From IMG/VR virus record IMGVR_UViG_3300017971_000152: a stretch of DNA of 37,474 bases; one strand, written 5' to 3'. The stretch is from a virus. The translations under genes were made by a program, and so were the position numbers. Positions 15,210 to 24,475 of the stretch are shown piece by piece. Numbering within the stretch: position 1 is the stretch's first letter; each line of letters begins with the position of its first letter. Under the pieces are notes generated by a model. It had not been told where the DNA came from. It made no database searches and saw nothing but the letters and a program-made list of their open reading frames with translations.

Positions 15210-16574
15210 ATGTTCACGTTTCAAGAAATGCGCCGTGGCCTGTGGTCACTGTTGCTGACGGCACCAGGACACACCAAGACAACCACGTGCATACTCAACG
15301 GTATTGTGTATGACGTGCTCATTGACCCCAACACTCGAGAGGGGCTCATTTCTCGTGTTGACGGTGTGTCAGAGCGCATTGGCCAGGCGGCACGTGACAG
15401 CCTCGAAACTGAAGAAATTGACTGGGTGTTTGGGCCACAACGTGGCTCTGAGGACTGGGGCAAAGAGAGTTGGACCGTACGAGGCCGCACACGCATTTTC
15501 AAAGAGCCCACATTTGCGGCACTGAGTCTCAAGGGTCAGGTGCTCAGTGGGCACTATAAGCGTTTGTACCTCGACGACATATACCAACCTGAGGACCAAC
15601 GCACGCACAGTCAGCGTGAAACAGTCAAGGGCCATTTCTACCAAAAGGCCAGTACCAGGTTGGCAGACGACGAGCCTGACCCAACCCTGTTTTGGGTTGG
15701 TGTGAGGGTCAATCCGTACGACTTGGCCGGTGAGGTTGAGGCCAATGACCCTCACTTTAGAGGTAACGTCATGGTGTTGCCGGCACTACCTGACAAGGGG
15801 TCATGGGCACGCAAGGTGTTTGGGCCAGTGCTATGGCACGAGGTACGCACCGCACTTGACCTCATACAACAGCGTCAGGCAATGGGGCCGGCGCCATTCA
15901 ACGCACAGTACCAGTGTGACCCCAAAGAAATGACTGGCCGGCTCATACAGCGCCGGTGGCTCAGGCCATACGAGCTCAGAGCCATTGACCTGAGTGACCT
16001 CACCGTGTTTGTGGGAGTGGACCTGGCCGCGGCACTCGACGACACCATTGAGTACGAGGGTGACGCTGAGGGTGAGGTGCCCAACGACGCTGAGAGCTCT
16101 AAGTTTGCAACTGCCACCATTGGCATTGCCCACTTTCACAGGCCGGCCACTGAGTGGCGCACGTTTCTGTTGGACTGTTACACGGCCAGGCTCACGCTCG
16201 ACGAGCAAGTTGACGCCATACGCCGTGCCAATGACCGTTTCCTCAACCGCCGGCGCACGTTTGTTGAGTCAAATGGGTACCAACTCGTCATGGCACAGCA
16301 CGCACGCTCGAGGGGTGTCACGAGGGTCATGCCAATACACACCACTCAAGGCAAGCCTCGAGGCAAGGGTAAAACCGCCACCATTGCCGGCGCACCATAC
16401 CAGGACTTGGCCGCCAGGTGTCAGCGTGGTGAGTTTTTTGTTCGGCCTGAGCTCGAGGTGGCCATACAACAGTTGTGTGACTTCCCTGACGAGCCCAACG
16501 ACATTGTTGACGCCATTGTCATTGCACTGAGAGGTGCGCTGAGAGAGCCAAGGCCAGTGACGGTGCCGGCATGA
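15210..16574 (+). CDS. terL: Terminase large subunit
   Basis: Walker A-like APGHTKTT, Walker B YKRLYLDDIY, and nuclease acidic motifs VFVGVDLA, ESNGY and NDIVDAIVIAL. I chose ATG 15210, just after the terS stop. The ORF-track start at 14934 overlaps terS. Confidence 0.85.
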   Translation: MFTFQEMRRGLWSLLLTAPGHTKTTTCILNGIVYDVLIDPNTREGLISRVDGVSERIGQAARDSLETEEIDWVFGPQRGSEDWGKESWTVRGRTRIFKEPTFAALSLKGQVLSGHYKRLYLDDIYQPEDQRTHSQRETVKGHFYQKASTRLADDEPDPTLFWVGVRVNPYDLAGEVEANDPHFRGNVMVLPALPDKGSWARKVFGPVLWHEVRTALDLIQQRQAMGPAPFNAQYQCDPKEMTGRLIQRRWLRPYELRAIDLSDLTVFVGVDLAAALDDTIEYEGDAEGEVPNDAESSKFATATIGIAHFHRPATEWRTFLLDCYTARLTLDEQVDAIRRANDRFLNRRRTFVESNGYQLVMAQHARSRGVTRVMPIHTTQGKPRGKGKTATIAGAPYQDLAARCQRGEFFVRPELEVAIQQLCDFPDEPNDIVDAIVIALRGALREPRPVTVPA

Positions 16575-16598
16575 GGCCGCTGAGAGAGGTGAGAGGCA

Positions 16599-18050
16599 TT
16601 GACCATACCATTGTTTGAGTCAAGAGCGGGTGAGGTGGTCAAACAGAGCGTGCGTGGCATACTCACTGGTGACGAGGTGAGGTTTGCAGAGCAATGCCAA
16701 CGCAACTGGGACTTTTACCGCGGTGAGACTGACCTGTATTTTCAGCGCAACGAGCGTGAGACAAAAACAGAGTTTGACACCAAACACAAACACACCCTCA
16801 ACGTCACCGCACCAATAGTTGACGCATACGTTGACAACATATACGGCCTTGGCGTTGACCGCAAGTTTTCAGGCGCCGGCTTTGAGGCTCAACAGAAATT
16901 ACTCGAGAGCCTGGTCAAATGGGCCGGTGGCAAGCTCTTTTGGACTGAGAAAGTGCAACTCATAACAGAGGTCAGCGGCACGTGTGCGGTGGTGCCGCGT
17001 TTCAACCCAAAGACACGCCGGCTCAGGTTTCAACCATATAGTGCTGAGTACGTGACACCTTGGCCGGCAGAGGGTGACCATGAAACCCTCATTGGTTTTG
17101 ACGTGGCGTTTCCTCAGGCACGCATGGTTGACGGCAGACTGCAAGAGAGAGTGTACCTCGAGCGTTGGACCGACAAGGGCACGTATGAGGTGTTTTGGGG
17201 CCGTGACCGTATTGACGCCGGCCTCAACCCGTACTGGCCCACGTTGCCCATTGTGCCGTTTCGCGCACGATTTGACCCCGCCAGTTGGTACGGTATGACG
17301 CCAATTTCAGACGTGAGCAAGGGCAACCGCACGCTCAACGAGTACCTCACCAAGTTTGCCCAGTTGGTCAACAAACAAGGGTTTGCTCAACTGGTCATAA
17401 CAGGTGGTGTGGCCGGTGAGCTCGAGGTTGGACCTGGCCGCGCACTGCAAATACCAGGTGAGGGGGTTGACGCCAAATACTTGAGGCCAGGCGCACCGTT
17501 GGGTGAGCTCTTGCAGTTTTTTGACTGGTGGCTGACGTGGGTGAGCAACCAGGCCAGGGTGCCGGTCAAACTCGTCAATGTGAGCGCCGGTGAAACTGAG
17601 AGTGGGTATGCCTTGAGCCTCAGGTGGCGGCCATTTCTCACGGCACTGACACGCAAGCGTGAGTTGTACCGGCAGAGTGAGCTTGACCTGTGGCGCCTGG
17701 CGTTTGAAATGCTCACGGTACACAACAACGCCAAGGGTGGTATTGACCACACCACGGTGCCTGACGTCAACGCCATTGACGAGCTCGTTGTTGACTTTGA
17801 CACACAGGTCATACCAACTGACCCTCGAGAAAAACGCTCAGAGCAAGAGTGGCTGTTGGCTCAAGGTGCCATTTCACAAATTGACATATACCTCGAGTAC
17901 AACCCTGACGTGCCACGTGACAAGGCACGTGCCAACCTCGAGGACAACCTGAAAGTGCGTGACGAGTTGTCTGCAATGGGCGCCAAGGCACAGGCTGACG
18001 TGCTCAACAGGCCAACGGGTGGCCCACTACCTAGTGACGAGGCTGAGTGA
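16599..18050 (+). CDS. Portal protein
   Basis: 483 aa, directly after terL and before a gp7/Mu-F-like gene. TTG start after GAGAGGTGAGAGG. Confidence 0.8.
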   Translation: MTIPLFESRAGEVVKQSVRGILTGDEVRFAEQCQRNWDFYRGETDLYFQRNERETKTEFDTKHKHTLNVTAPIVDAYVDNIYGLGVDRKFSGAGFEAQQKLLESLVKWAGGKLFWTEKVQLITEVSGTCAVVPRFNPKTRRLRFQPYSAEYVTPWPAEGDHETLIGFDVAFPQARMVDGRLQERVYLERWTDKGTYEVFWGRDRIDAGLNPYWPTLPIVPFRARFDPASWYGMTPISDVSKGNRTLNEYLTKFAQLVNKQGFAQLVITGGVAGELEVGPGRALQIPGEGVDAKYLRPGAPLGELLQFFDWWLTWVSNQARVPVKLVNVSAGETESGYALSLRWRPFLTALTRKRELYRQSELDLWRLAFEMLTVHNNAKGGIDHTTVPDVNAIDELVVDFDTQVIPTDPREKRSEQEWLLAQGAISQIDIYLEYNPDVPRDKARANLEDNLKVRDELSAMGAKAQADVLNRPTGGPLPSDEAE

Positions 18051-18051
18051 C

Positions 18052-18966
18052 ATGTTGCCGGCGGGTGTGACAGGCAAGGACTTGACAGAGGCCAGGCAAG
18101 TCTTTTTTGGTGAGCTCGACGACATTGAGAGTGGCGTGCTCGACGGCATTGGTGCCTCTGAAAAGGTACTTGTGGCCAAAATACAGCGTGCGTTTGACCG
18201 TTTCCTTGACAAGCTCGAGTTGAGCAAGGCCGGCACCATACTCGACACGGCACAAAACCGTGAGCTCTTGGCCTCGTTGCGCCGGCTCTGTGAGAGTGAG
18301 TTGAGGTTGCACCTCTTGGCTAAGGGGTCAACGCTGACTCAAAAAGCCTTGAGTGAGGCATACATGGCGGCCAAAACACGAGCCTCAGTTGGGCTCGACG
18401 GCGTCATACTCGACATACGAGCCACTGACGCCAGGTACCTCACGGCGTACAACCGGCTCAGCCACCAGTACCTCAGTGCCTTGACCAGTCAGACGGCCAA
18501 CCACATACGCTCAGTGTTGACGCAAGGGCACATGGTTGGACTGACACCACGCAAGGTTGCCAACCTCATTGTCGAGGGTGGTCACCTCAAGGCCGGCAAG
18601 GTACACACAGTCATGACACGTGCTGAGTTATGGGCACGCACAGAGCCCATGAGGGTGGCTCAAGAGCAAATGTTGAGAGAACACGAGGCCGCCACTGGTG
18701 AGGACAACCCACATGGCCAATGGGTGGCTTTCAAGGACGCACGCACAGGTGGTGACTCGTTGCGCCGGCACGGCGTGGTATTGACGAGAGCTCAGTGGCT
18801 CACCCGCCGGTTTGCCGGTGACAAGTTTGTGGGGTTGCCACCCATACGGCCAAACGACAGGTGTGACGTCGAGTGGCTTGACCCTCGTGACTACACAGAA
18901 AACCAGTGGGCACGGCTGTTGGCCTCGACGCCGGCCAGGCCGGCTCTGTGGTACAACATGCTCTGA
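18052..18966 (+). CDS. Head morphogenesis / minor capsid protein (SPP1 gp7 / Mu F family)
   Basis: RAELWARTEPMRVAQEQ and PPIRPNDRCDV match the RTE and PP.HPNCRC signatures. Confidence 0.8.
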   Translation: MLPAGVTGKDLTEARQVFFGELDDIESGVLDGIGASEKVLVAKIQRAFDRFLDKLELSKAGTILDTAQNRELLASLRRLCESELRLHLLAKGSTLTQKALSEAYMAAKTRASVGLDGVILDIRATDARYLTAYNRLSHQYLSALTSQTANHIRSVLTQGHMVGLTPRKVANLIVEGGHLKAGKVHTVMTRAELWARTEPMRVAQEQMLREHEAATGEDNPHGQWVAFKDARTGGDSLRRHGVVLTRAQWLTRRFAGDKFVGLPPIRPNDRCDVEWLDPRDYTENQWARLLASTPARPALWYNML

Positions 18967-18981
18967 GAGGGGTGAGAGCAT

Positions 18982-19137
18982 ATGGCACGGCGCAAGTTTT
19001 CAAAGACTGAAAGCGCACGTATTGGCCGCAAGGTCAGTGGGTGCCGCAAGAGGTGGTCACAGAAACAAAAAGTGGCAGTGGCCATACACACAGTGGCGCC
19101 GGCCAAGGCACGCACGAGCAAACGACGCAAGAGGTGA
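18982..19137 (+). CDS. Possible 51-aa extremely basic protein
   Basis: ATG follows GAGAGGGGTGAGAGCAT. The sequence is MARRKFSKTESARIGRKVSGCRKRWSQKQK...TSKRRKR. It falls below the ORF-track length cut-off. Confidence 0.4.
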   Translation: MARRKFSKTESARIGRKVSGCRKRWSQKQKVAVAIHTVAPAKARTSKRRKR

Positions 19138-19169
19138 CGAGAGACACAGGCACGAGAGGGGGTGAAACC

Positions 19170-19334
19170 ATGCCAAAGTACCAAGGTACGCCAACCCCGC
19201 CAACGGGACGGGACACGGCACAAAACCTGGCCATACTCAAAAACAAGGCCACAACCACGCCAGTGACCGGCGCCGGCAAGACTCAGTACGACGCTGAGAC
19301 TACGGCCAAGCCACCGGCCAAAGAGGGTACGTAA
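19170..19334 (+). CDS. Possible 54-aa Thr/Pro-rich protein
   Basis: ATG follows AGAGGGGGTGAAACC. A longer form from GTG 19041 is also possible. Confidence 0.4.
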   Translation: MPKYQGTPTPPTGRDTAQNLAILKNKATTTPVTGAGKTQYDAETTAKPPAKEGT

Positions 19335-19337
19335 GAC

Positions 19338-20045
19338 ATGGCGTTTACAGGGTACGCACTCGAGGCTGACGTACAGCGCATTGACCGGCAGACGCTTGAG
19401 CGGTTTGACGGTGACACTGGGGTGTTGTCCAACCAAATACTGGCAGACGCCAAGAGGGTCAACGAGTTGCTTGACCCCAAACTGCCGGTACCTGTGCCAC
19501 GCAACCCTGACGGCACGTATGACGCGGCACTCGTCGAGGCCAACGCATACCTCACGGTTGCCGCCGGCAACTACCGCGTCAACCGCAACGAGGCCGGTGA
19601 CAGAGCTCGTGACTGGGCTCTCGAGGTCATACGTGACATAAACACCGGCGTGAGAGCGTTGCAGTACATGGTCACGCTCGACGAGTTGGGCATTGGTGCG
19701 GCTGTGCCTGGTGAGAGCAACACCGGCTCAGGCCGTTTCGAGCTCGACACGTTGACAGGCCGTTTCACAGGTCAATACCGCGTTGACTACGTTGTCGAGG
19801 TCACCAAGGCCGGCGCCAGTGGCACGGCTGAGTACAAGGTGACCAAGGACGCCACAGAGTTGAGCACCGGCAACGTCACAACTGACACGTGGGCCACCAT
19901 TGAGCTTGGGGTCAAGTGCCGGTTTGTTGGCGGCCTTGCCGGCTCGTTTGCCGTGGGTGACACCTGGTCATTTGTCTGTTTGCCACGCCGGCAAGGAACA
20001 ACGGCGGGTGAGCTCACGAGTGTGCCTGTGCGCTCAACCTGGTGA
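19338..20045 (+). CDS. Hypothetical virion-module protein whose N-terminus is reminiscent of DUF1320 / Mu gp36
   Basis: Lies between the head-morphogenesis and scaffold genes. The similarity is weak: YALEADVQRI...LADAKRVNELL... Confidence 0.55.
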   Translation: MAFTGYALEADVQRIDRQTLERFDGDTGVLSNQILADAKRVNELLDPKLPVPVPRNPDGTYDAALVEANAYLTVAAGNYRVNRNEAGDRARDWALEVIRDINTGVRALQYMVTLDELGIGAAVPGESNTGSGRFELDTLTGRFTGQYRVDYVVEVTKAGASGTAEYKVTKDATELSTGNVTTDTWATIELGVKCRFVGGLAGSFAVGDTWSFVCLPRRQGTTAGELTSVPVRSTW

Positions 20046-20174
20046 GCTCGAGCGGGTGACTCTTTTTTGAGGGGGGTGCGCCACCGCACAGTGCGCACGG
20101 TAGCATGGCGGCCACAGCGTATGTGGCGGTAGTTTGCAAACTGGCCGGCGTAAAGGGCCAACGAGGTATATGAC

Positions 20175-20903
20175 ATGTTTGGACTGAAACGAGAGCAAGG
20201 CGGCACAGGCGGTGCCAGTCAGGCTCAGAGCAAGAGTGAGGGTGACAAGGTTGAGTTGACCAAGGCTGACCACGAGCACCTCTTGGCCGCACAGCGTGAC
20301 ATGGTCAAGTACAAGCGTGAGTGGAAAAAGGCCACTGACCAACTCAACGAGTTGACTGGTGACGGCGGTGAGCTCAGCCGGCTCAAGGCTGACCTCGAGA
20401 AACTCAAGGGCAAGGGCAAGCCCAAGGACGGTGACGGCGCTGTTGACGTCGAGGCCGTCAAGGGTGAGCTCAAACGTGAGCACGAGGGTGAGGTGGCAAG
20501 GCTCAAGCGTGAGCACACCAAGCTCGTCGAGGCTCTCAAAAGAGAGCACGCCATTGACCTGGCGCTCACGGTGGCGTTGCATGACGCTGACATACCTGGT
20601 GAGTTTGCAGTCAACGTGAAAACCGCCAACCCTGACCTCGAGCCTGAGGGTGTCGCACATGCTGTCAAGGTATTTGCAGACAAACACGAGGGTTTGAGAG
20701 CGAAAAAAGAGCCTGACCAACCCCGTACACCGGCGGGTGGCCAACCTGGCCTGAGGCCGCCGGCGCCTGGTGGTGAAACGCCGGCGCAAGGTGCTGAGGG
20801 TGAGCAGCAACGCGGTGTGGGCAAGCCACTCAGTGTGCGTGACGCCACGCAAAAGGTGTTTGGTGACATGGCCAAGAGTGGCAAACCGTGGCTTGGCTCG
20901 TGA
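20175..20903 (+). CDS. Scaffolding protein
   Basis: Charged coiled-coil sequence (ELSRLKADLEKLKGKGK...EVARLKREHTKLVEALKREH) immediately upstream of the capsid gene. Confidence 0.7.
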   Translation: MFGLKREQGGTGGASQAQSKSEGDKVELTKADHEHLLAAQRDMVKYKREWKKATDQLNELTGDGGELSRLKADLEKLKGKGKPKDGDGAVDVEAVKGELKREHEGEVARLKREHTKLVEALKREHAIDLALTVALHDADIPGEFAVNVKTANPDLEPEGVAHAVKVFADKHEGLRAKKEPDQPRTPAGGQPGLRPPAPGGETPAQGAEGEQQRGVGKPLSVRDATQKVFGDMAKSGKPWLGS

Positions 20904-20929
20904 GCTCTCGTGTATGAGGGGGGTTTCAC

Positions 20930-21874
20930 ATGGCGGCAAAATATGACGGTGGCTCAGGGTCAGTTGCAGACGTCCTTGAGACACATTACGACGCCGTGTT
21001 TGCTGACGCCATAGTGCGCACCTCTGACATACTCAGGTACATACCCATTGAGAGTGGCAGAGGCATACTGGGGTGGAAAGTGCGCTACCAAGGCAACACC
21101 TCAGTGGGCTCACAGGCTGAGGACACGACGGCACCAACCGCGGGTCACCAGAGTTTCAAGTCAGCCACATTGGCATGGGCACGCAACCAGGGTGTCATGC
21201 AAGTGTACGGGTTGGCTGAGGCAATGGCAGAAAACGAGGGGGCACTCATTGACCTCGTCACTGACGAGGCTGAGGGTGTCATAAACGACTTGTCTGACGC
21301 CATATGCACTCAGATTTGGACCGGCACCGGCGCCAATGACATTGTTGGGCTCATACAGGGTGTTGACGACGGCTCGACATATGCCACGTACGCCGGCATA
21401 AACCGGCTCACGTACACCTGGCACCAGTCATACCGTGACCACAACAACGGTACACCGCGGCCTGTTGACATACCCATGTTTTACCGCATGTACCGCATTA
21501 TGAGGAAACGTGGCGCTCGTATTTCGTTGGTCATTGGTGACCCTGACCAAACCACGGCGTACGAGCAACTGTTGACTCAGACGGTGCGGTACAACCCGCA
21601 AGGTGGCGGTGGCGCGGGTGAGGCCGTTGGCGTTGGCGGTGACGAGGTGCGTTTCAAGAAAATACCTGTTGTTGATGACCCCGCGGCGCCTGACAACAAG
21701 CTCTATTGGCTTGACACTCGTTGGGTCAAGTACCGTGAGCTCAGGCGTTTCAAGGTCAAAGAGCTTGGTGCCACTGACGACAGTGACCGTTTCCAGGTCA
21801 ACAACTACTCTCAGCTACAGGTCAAGGACTGCAAGAAACAAGGTGTGGTTGAGGACTTGGCGCCGGCGGCATAG
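20930..21874 (+). CDS. Major capsid protein (probable HK97 fold)
   Basis: 314 aa, after the scaffold gene, with a strong SD (GAGGGGGG). This is the only TAG stop seen. Called from synteny and size. Confidence 0.75.
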   Translation: MAAKYDGGSGSVADVLETHYDAVFADAIVRTSDILRYIPIESGRGILGWKVRYQGNTSVGSQAEDTTAPTAGHQSFKSATLAWARNQGVMQVYGLAEAMAENEGALIDLVTDEAEGVINDLSDAICTQIWTGTGANDIVGLIQGVDDGSTYATYAGINRLTYTWHQSYRDHNNGTPRPVDIPMFYRMYRIMRKRGARISLVIGDPDQTTAYEQLLTQTVRYNPQGGGGAGEAVGVGGDEVRFKKIPVVDDPAAPDNKLYWLDTRWVKYRELRRFKVKELGATDDSDRFQVNNYSQLQVKDCKKQGVVEDLAPAA

Positions 21875-21916
21875 TGCCGGCGTGAGCTCGAGAATATGAG
21901 TTGACGTGGTGAGGGT

Positions 21917-22480
21917 GTGACCAAGGCAACCAAACAAGGGGGTGCTGAGTTGAAACGCGCACTTGCAGTTTTAGTGGTTGGCCTGGCGCTGTTGGTGTCA
22001 GCGGCTTTTTCACCGCGGGACGGCAACAGTGCGGCCTACAGCATAACACAGTTGGGGGTGTACGCCGGCAGTGACAGCGCCAATGCGCTGACGTACAACC
22101 CTGACTATGCCGGCATTGAGAGCTTGTCAGTGTTTACGGGTGACCCACGAGCCACCACATACGCAATATATGTGGGCAACTGGCAAACGTGGGGCACCGC
22201 TGACACGCTGTTTCACCTCTATGTGGCGCCGGCAACTGGGTACTCGTGGCCCACAACCAACATGGACTCGTTGAAAGTGACGGTACAGTGGCTCATGGGC
22301 ACGGCGTCAACGGACACGCCGGTGTGGTCCCAAGTCATATACTACAACCCGAAACGTACGAGGCCGTTGGTACCCATTATTTCGTCAGGTATGCCGGCTT
22401 GTAGGGTTGACCTAACATGGGTTGACGGCAACAACCCTGGCGGCATACCACTGCGCACGTACATTTTCAGGCTTCAGTGA
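21917..22480 (+). CDS. Secreted or membrane-anchored protein inserted between the capsid and head-tail genes
   Basis: Signal-peptide-like KRALAVLVVGLALLVSAA/F. A more convincing start is TTG 21950, which follows AAGGGGGTG. Confidence 0.6.
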   Translation: MTKATKQGGAELKRALAVLVVGLALLVSAAFSPRDGNSAAYSITQLGVYAGSDSANALTYNPDYAGIESLSVFTGDPRATTYAIYVGNWQTWGTADTLFHLYVAPATGYSWPTTNMDSLKVTVQWLMGTASTDTPVWSQVIYYNPKRTRPLVPIISSGMPACRVDLTWVDGNNPGGIPLRTYIFRLQ

Positions 22481-22601
22481 GAGCCTGAGCACCGGCCAGG
22501 GGGGGCACGTCACCTGGTGGCGGGTGTGTTGTGTGTGAGCGTAACTGACCCTGGCACGCTCGACAGCACGCACGGCACCCGCCACGTCTGCAAGAGGGGG
22601 T

Positions 22602-23195
22602 ATGAGAGACATGGGCAAACCAGGCGCAGACTTACACAAAATACTGGCCTTGCCTGAGCCACACCGCACATGGGCACTCGACGAGTTGGGTGACTCAGCA
22701 CACGTCATGGTTGACGTCGAGCCAACTGAGGCCGGCCTGAAACTCACCGCCGGTGACGACAAGGCCGTACGTTTCAAGTGCTCAGGCCACGAGTATGTTA
22801 TTGGCAAACAAGGTGCCACCATTTCACTGGCCGCGGCCAGGTTTGCACTCGAGTGGACCGCACCAGGTGGCCGCACGGTGAGCATACTCAAGGTCAAGGG
22901 GTTGGTGAGCGTACCGCCGGCACCTGGTGTCATGGTGCCGCCTGAGGTTGACGAGGACGTGAAAAGTGACCTCGACGGTGGCAAGTCATATGACGCCAAG
23001 GACGTCAAGGCGTTGTGGGACGGCGGCAAGCAATACAACCTCATACAGAAACTCGAGGACGCTGACACGCCAGGGTGGCACTACGTTGACGCCGGCGGCC
23101 AGGTGTTTTTGGGTGTCAACGTGCCTGAGGCACAGGCCGCGTTGGCAGAGCGCCAGGACGTGTTACAGGCTCTCGACCGGCAAGTTGGTGAGTGA
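22602..23195 (+). CDS. Hypothetical head-tail module protein
   Basis: 197 aa. An alternative ATG at 22611 has better spacing from GAGGGGG. Confidence 0.6.
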   Translation: MRDMGKPGADLHKILALPEPHRTWALDELGDSAHVMVDVEPTEAGLKLTAGDDKAVRFKCSGHEYVIGKQGATISLAAARFALEWTAPGGRTVSILKVKGLVSVPPAPGVMVPPEVDEDVKSDLDGGKSYDAKDVKALWDGGKQYNLIQKLEDADTPGWHYVDAGGQVFLGVNVPEAQAALAERQDVLQALDRQVGE

Positions 23196-23197
23196 GC

Positions 23198-23434
23198 ATG
23201 GCAGAGCCACTCTCGAGGGACAAATACGTAAACGAGTGTGACCGTATGGGTGACGCTCACGAGCTCGTACAGCGTGGCCTCAAGTTTGGCGGCCTCGAGA
23301 ACACTGGGGCCGGCATATACTACCACGGCGTGTTGGTTGCACGCTCTGAGGCTGAGCTTGAGCAAATGGTACGTGACGGTGAGCCCATTGGTTTATCACT
23401 CAACACTGAGTACGGTGATGAGCCTGAGGACTGA
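23198..23434 (+). CDS. Hypothetical small acidic protein
   Basis: The ATG follows the upstream TGA almost immediately. Confidence 0.5.
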   Translation: MAEPLSRDKYVNECDRMGDAHELVQRGLKFGGLENTGAGIYYHGVLVARSEAELEQMVRDGEPIGLSLNTEYGDEPED

Positions 23435-23446
23435 GTGAGGTGAGGT

Positions 23447-23974
23447 ATGGCTTGGGTTGACCTTGAAATGCACCGTGCAAGGCGCCGTTTCAAAAAACTG
23501 TTGGCCAATGTCGAAAAGAGCAACCGGCGTGCCTTGTACGTGCGCATTGGCCGGTTTCTCACCCGCGTTTTCAGGTCCAACATACTCAACGAGGTGACGT
23601 ATGACGGCAAGTCATTTGCCGGCACGCTCTCACCTCGTACCCAAGAGGCCATACGTCAGCGTAAAACCTCACGCAAGAGAGGCCGCGCACGCAAGGGCAA
23701 GAAACTCAAAACGGTTGTGGGTGGTGCCCACATACGCCGTGGTGGTGGCCATGTGCTCGTTGACAAGGGGCATATGCTCAAACACGTGGGTACTGCCGCG
23801 GTGAGCTCACTCAAGCTCGAGGTTGGCATGAGGTCAGAGCGTGAGGCCAAAAAGGCACTGGGGCACCATGAAAACAAACCGTACAAGGGACCAAAGCGCC
23901 GGTTTATTGGCTTGTCAGCCAAGGTGTACCGGCACCTCGAGCGCATGGTGTTGCGTGCCATGCCGGCTCAGTGA
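23447..23974 (+). CDS. Virion morphogenesis / tail-completion-like protein
   Basis: RIGRFLTRVFRSNILNE...VLVDKGHMLKHV...PKRRFIGLS follows the Phage_tail_S / HK97 gp10-like pattern, and the position fits. The match is weak. Confidence 0.45.
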   Translation: MAWVDLEMHRARRRFKKLLANVEKSNRRALYVRIGRFLTRVFRSNILNEVTYDGKSFAGTLSPRTQEAIRQRKTSRKRGRARKGKKLKTVVGGAHIRRGGGHVLVDKGHMLKHVGTAAVSSLKLEVGMRSEREAKKALGHHENKPYKGPKRRFIGLSAKVYRHLERMVLRAMPAQ

Positions 23975-23988
23975 GAGAGGGGTTGAGC

Positions 23989-24453
23989 ATGTTTGAGACA
24001 CGGCCACGTCAGGCGCTCAGGTTGGCCTTGGCTGAGCTCATACGAGGGTACATGGTGCCCAGTGACACGCTGAGCCTGGTTGAGAGGCTCGAGCTCTCAC
24101 AAGTCAGTGAGGGTTTGCCGGCTGACGTGGTGCCGCCACAGGTGGCAGTCAGTTACGTTGGCCGCGTGGGTGGTGCTGAAAGTGCGGTTGAGCCAACAAC
24201 GCTCGTGCAAATGCGTGTGCTGTACTACAGGTCACCGTATGAGGCCGGCATTGAGGAAACCGCTTGTCTCGAGGCTCTTGACGCTCTTGACCAGTGCATA
24301 CACTCTGACCCAACCCTTGGCGGCCTCGTCATTGACCTCGACACGTACGACGAGGACGTTGGCGTACTCGAGGTTGAGGGTCAGGGTGACCTCAACGGCG
24401 CTCAGGTCACGTTGTTATACACAGCGCCGGCAGTGCTCTTTGGCCGGCAATAA
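23989..24453 (+). CDS. Head-tail joining / tail-terminator candidate
   Basis: ATG follows GAGAGGGGTTGAGC. Called from synteny only. Confidence 0.45.
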   Translation: MFETRPRQALRLALAELIRGYMVPSDTLSLVERLELSQVSEGLPADVVPPQVAVSYVGRVGGAESAVEPTTLVQMRVLYYRSPYEAGIEETACLEALDALDQCIHSDPTLGGLVIDLDTYDEDVGVLEVEGQGDLNGAQVTLLYTAPAVLFGRQ

Positions 24454-24475
24454 CACTTGCAGAGGGGGTGAGAAA

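Noticed and set aside
20046-20174. Terminator at the T6 run (20063..20068) after ORF 19338..20045
   Set aside because: I could not find a convincing GC-rich stem directly upstream of the T-run. There is only a weak 5-bp pairing and a distant gagctcac/gtgagctc pair.
20034-20984. 316-aa minus-strand ORF, with further long antisense ORFs at 20225..20929, 26847..27707, 36140..36922, 22412..23068 and 25549..26279
   Set aside because: All lie antisense to well-supported + strand structural genes (scaffold, TMP, fibre and others). They lack RBS-like sequences, their products are low-complexity Ser/Pro/Arg/Ala-rich, and they are expected by-products of GC-rich, stop-poor antisense frames.
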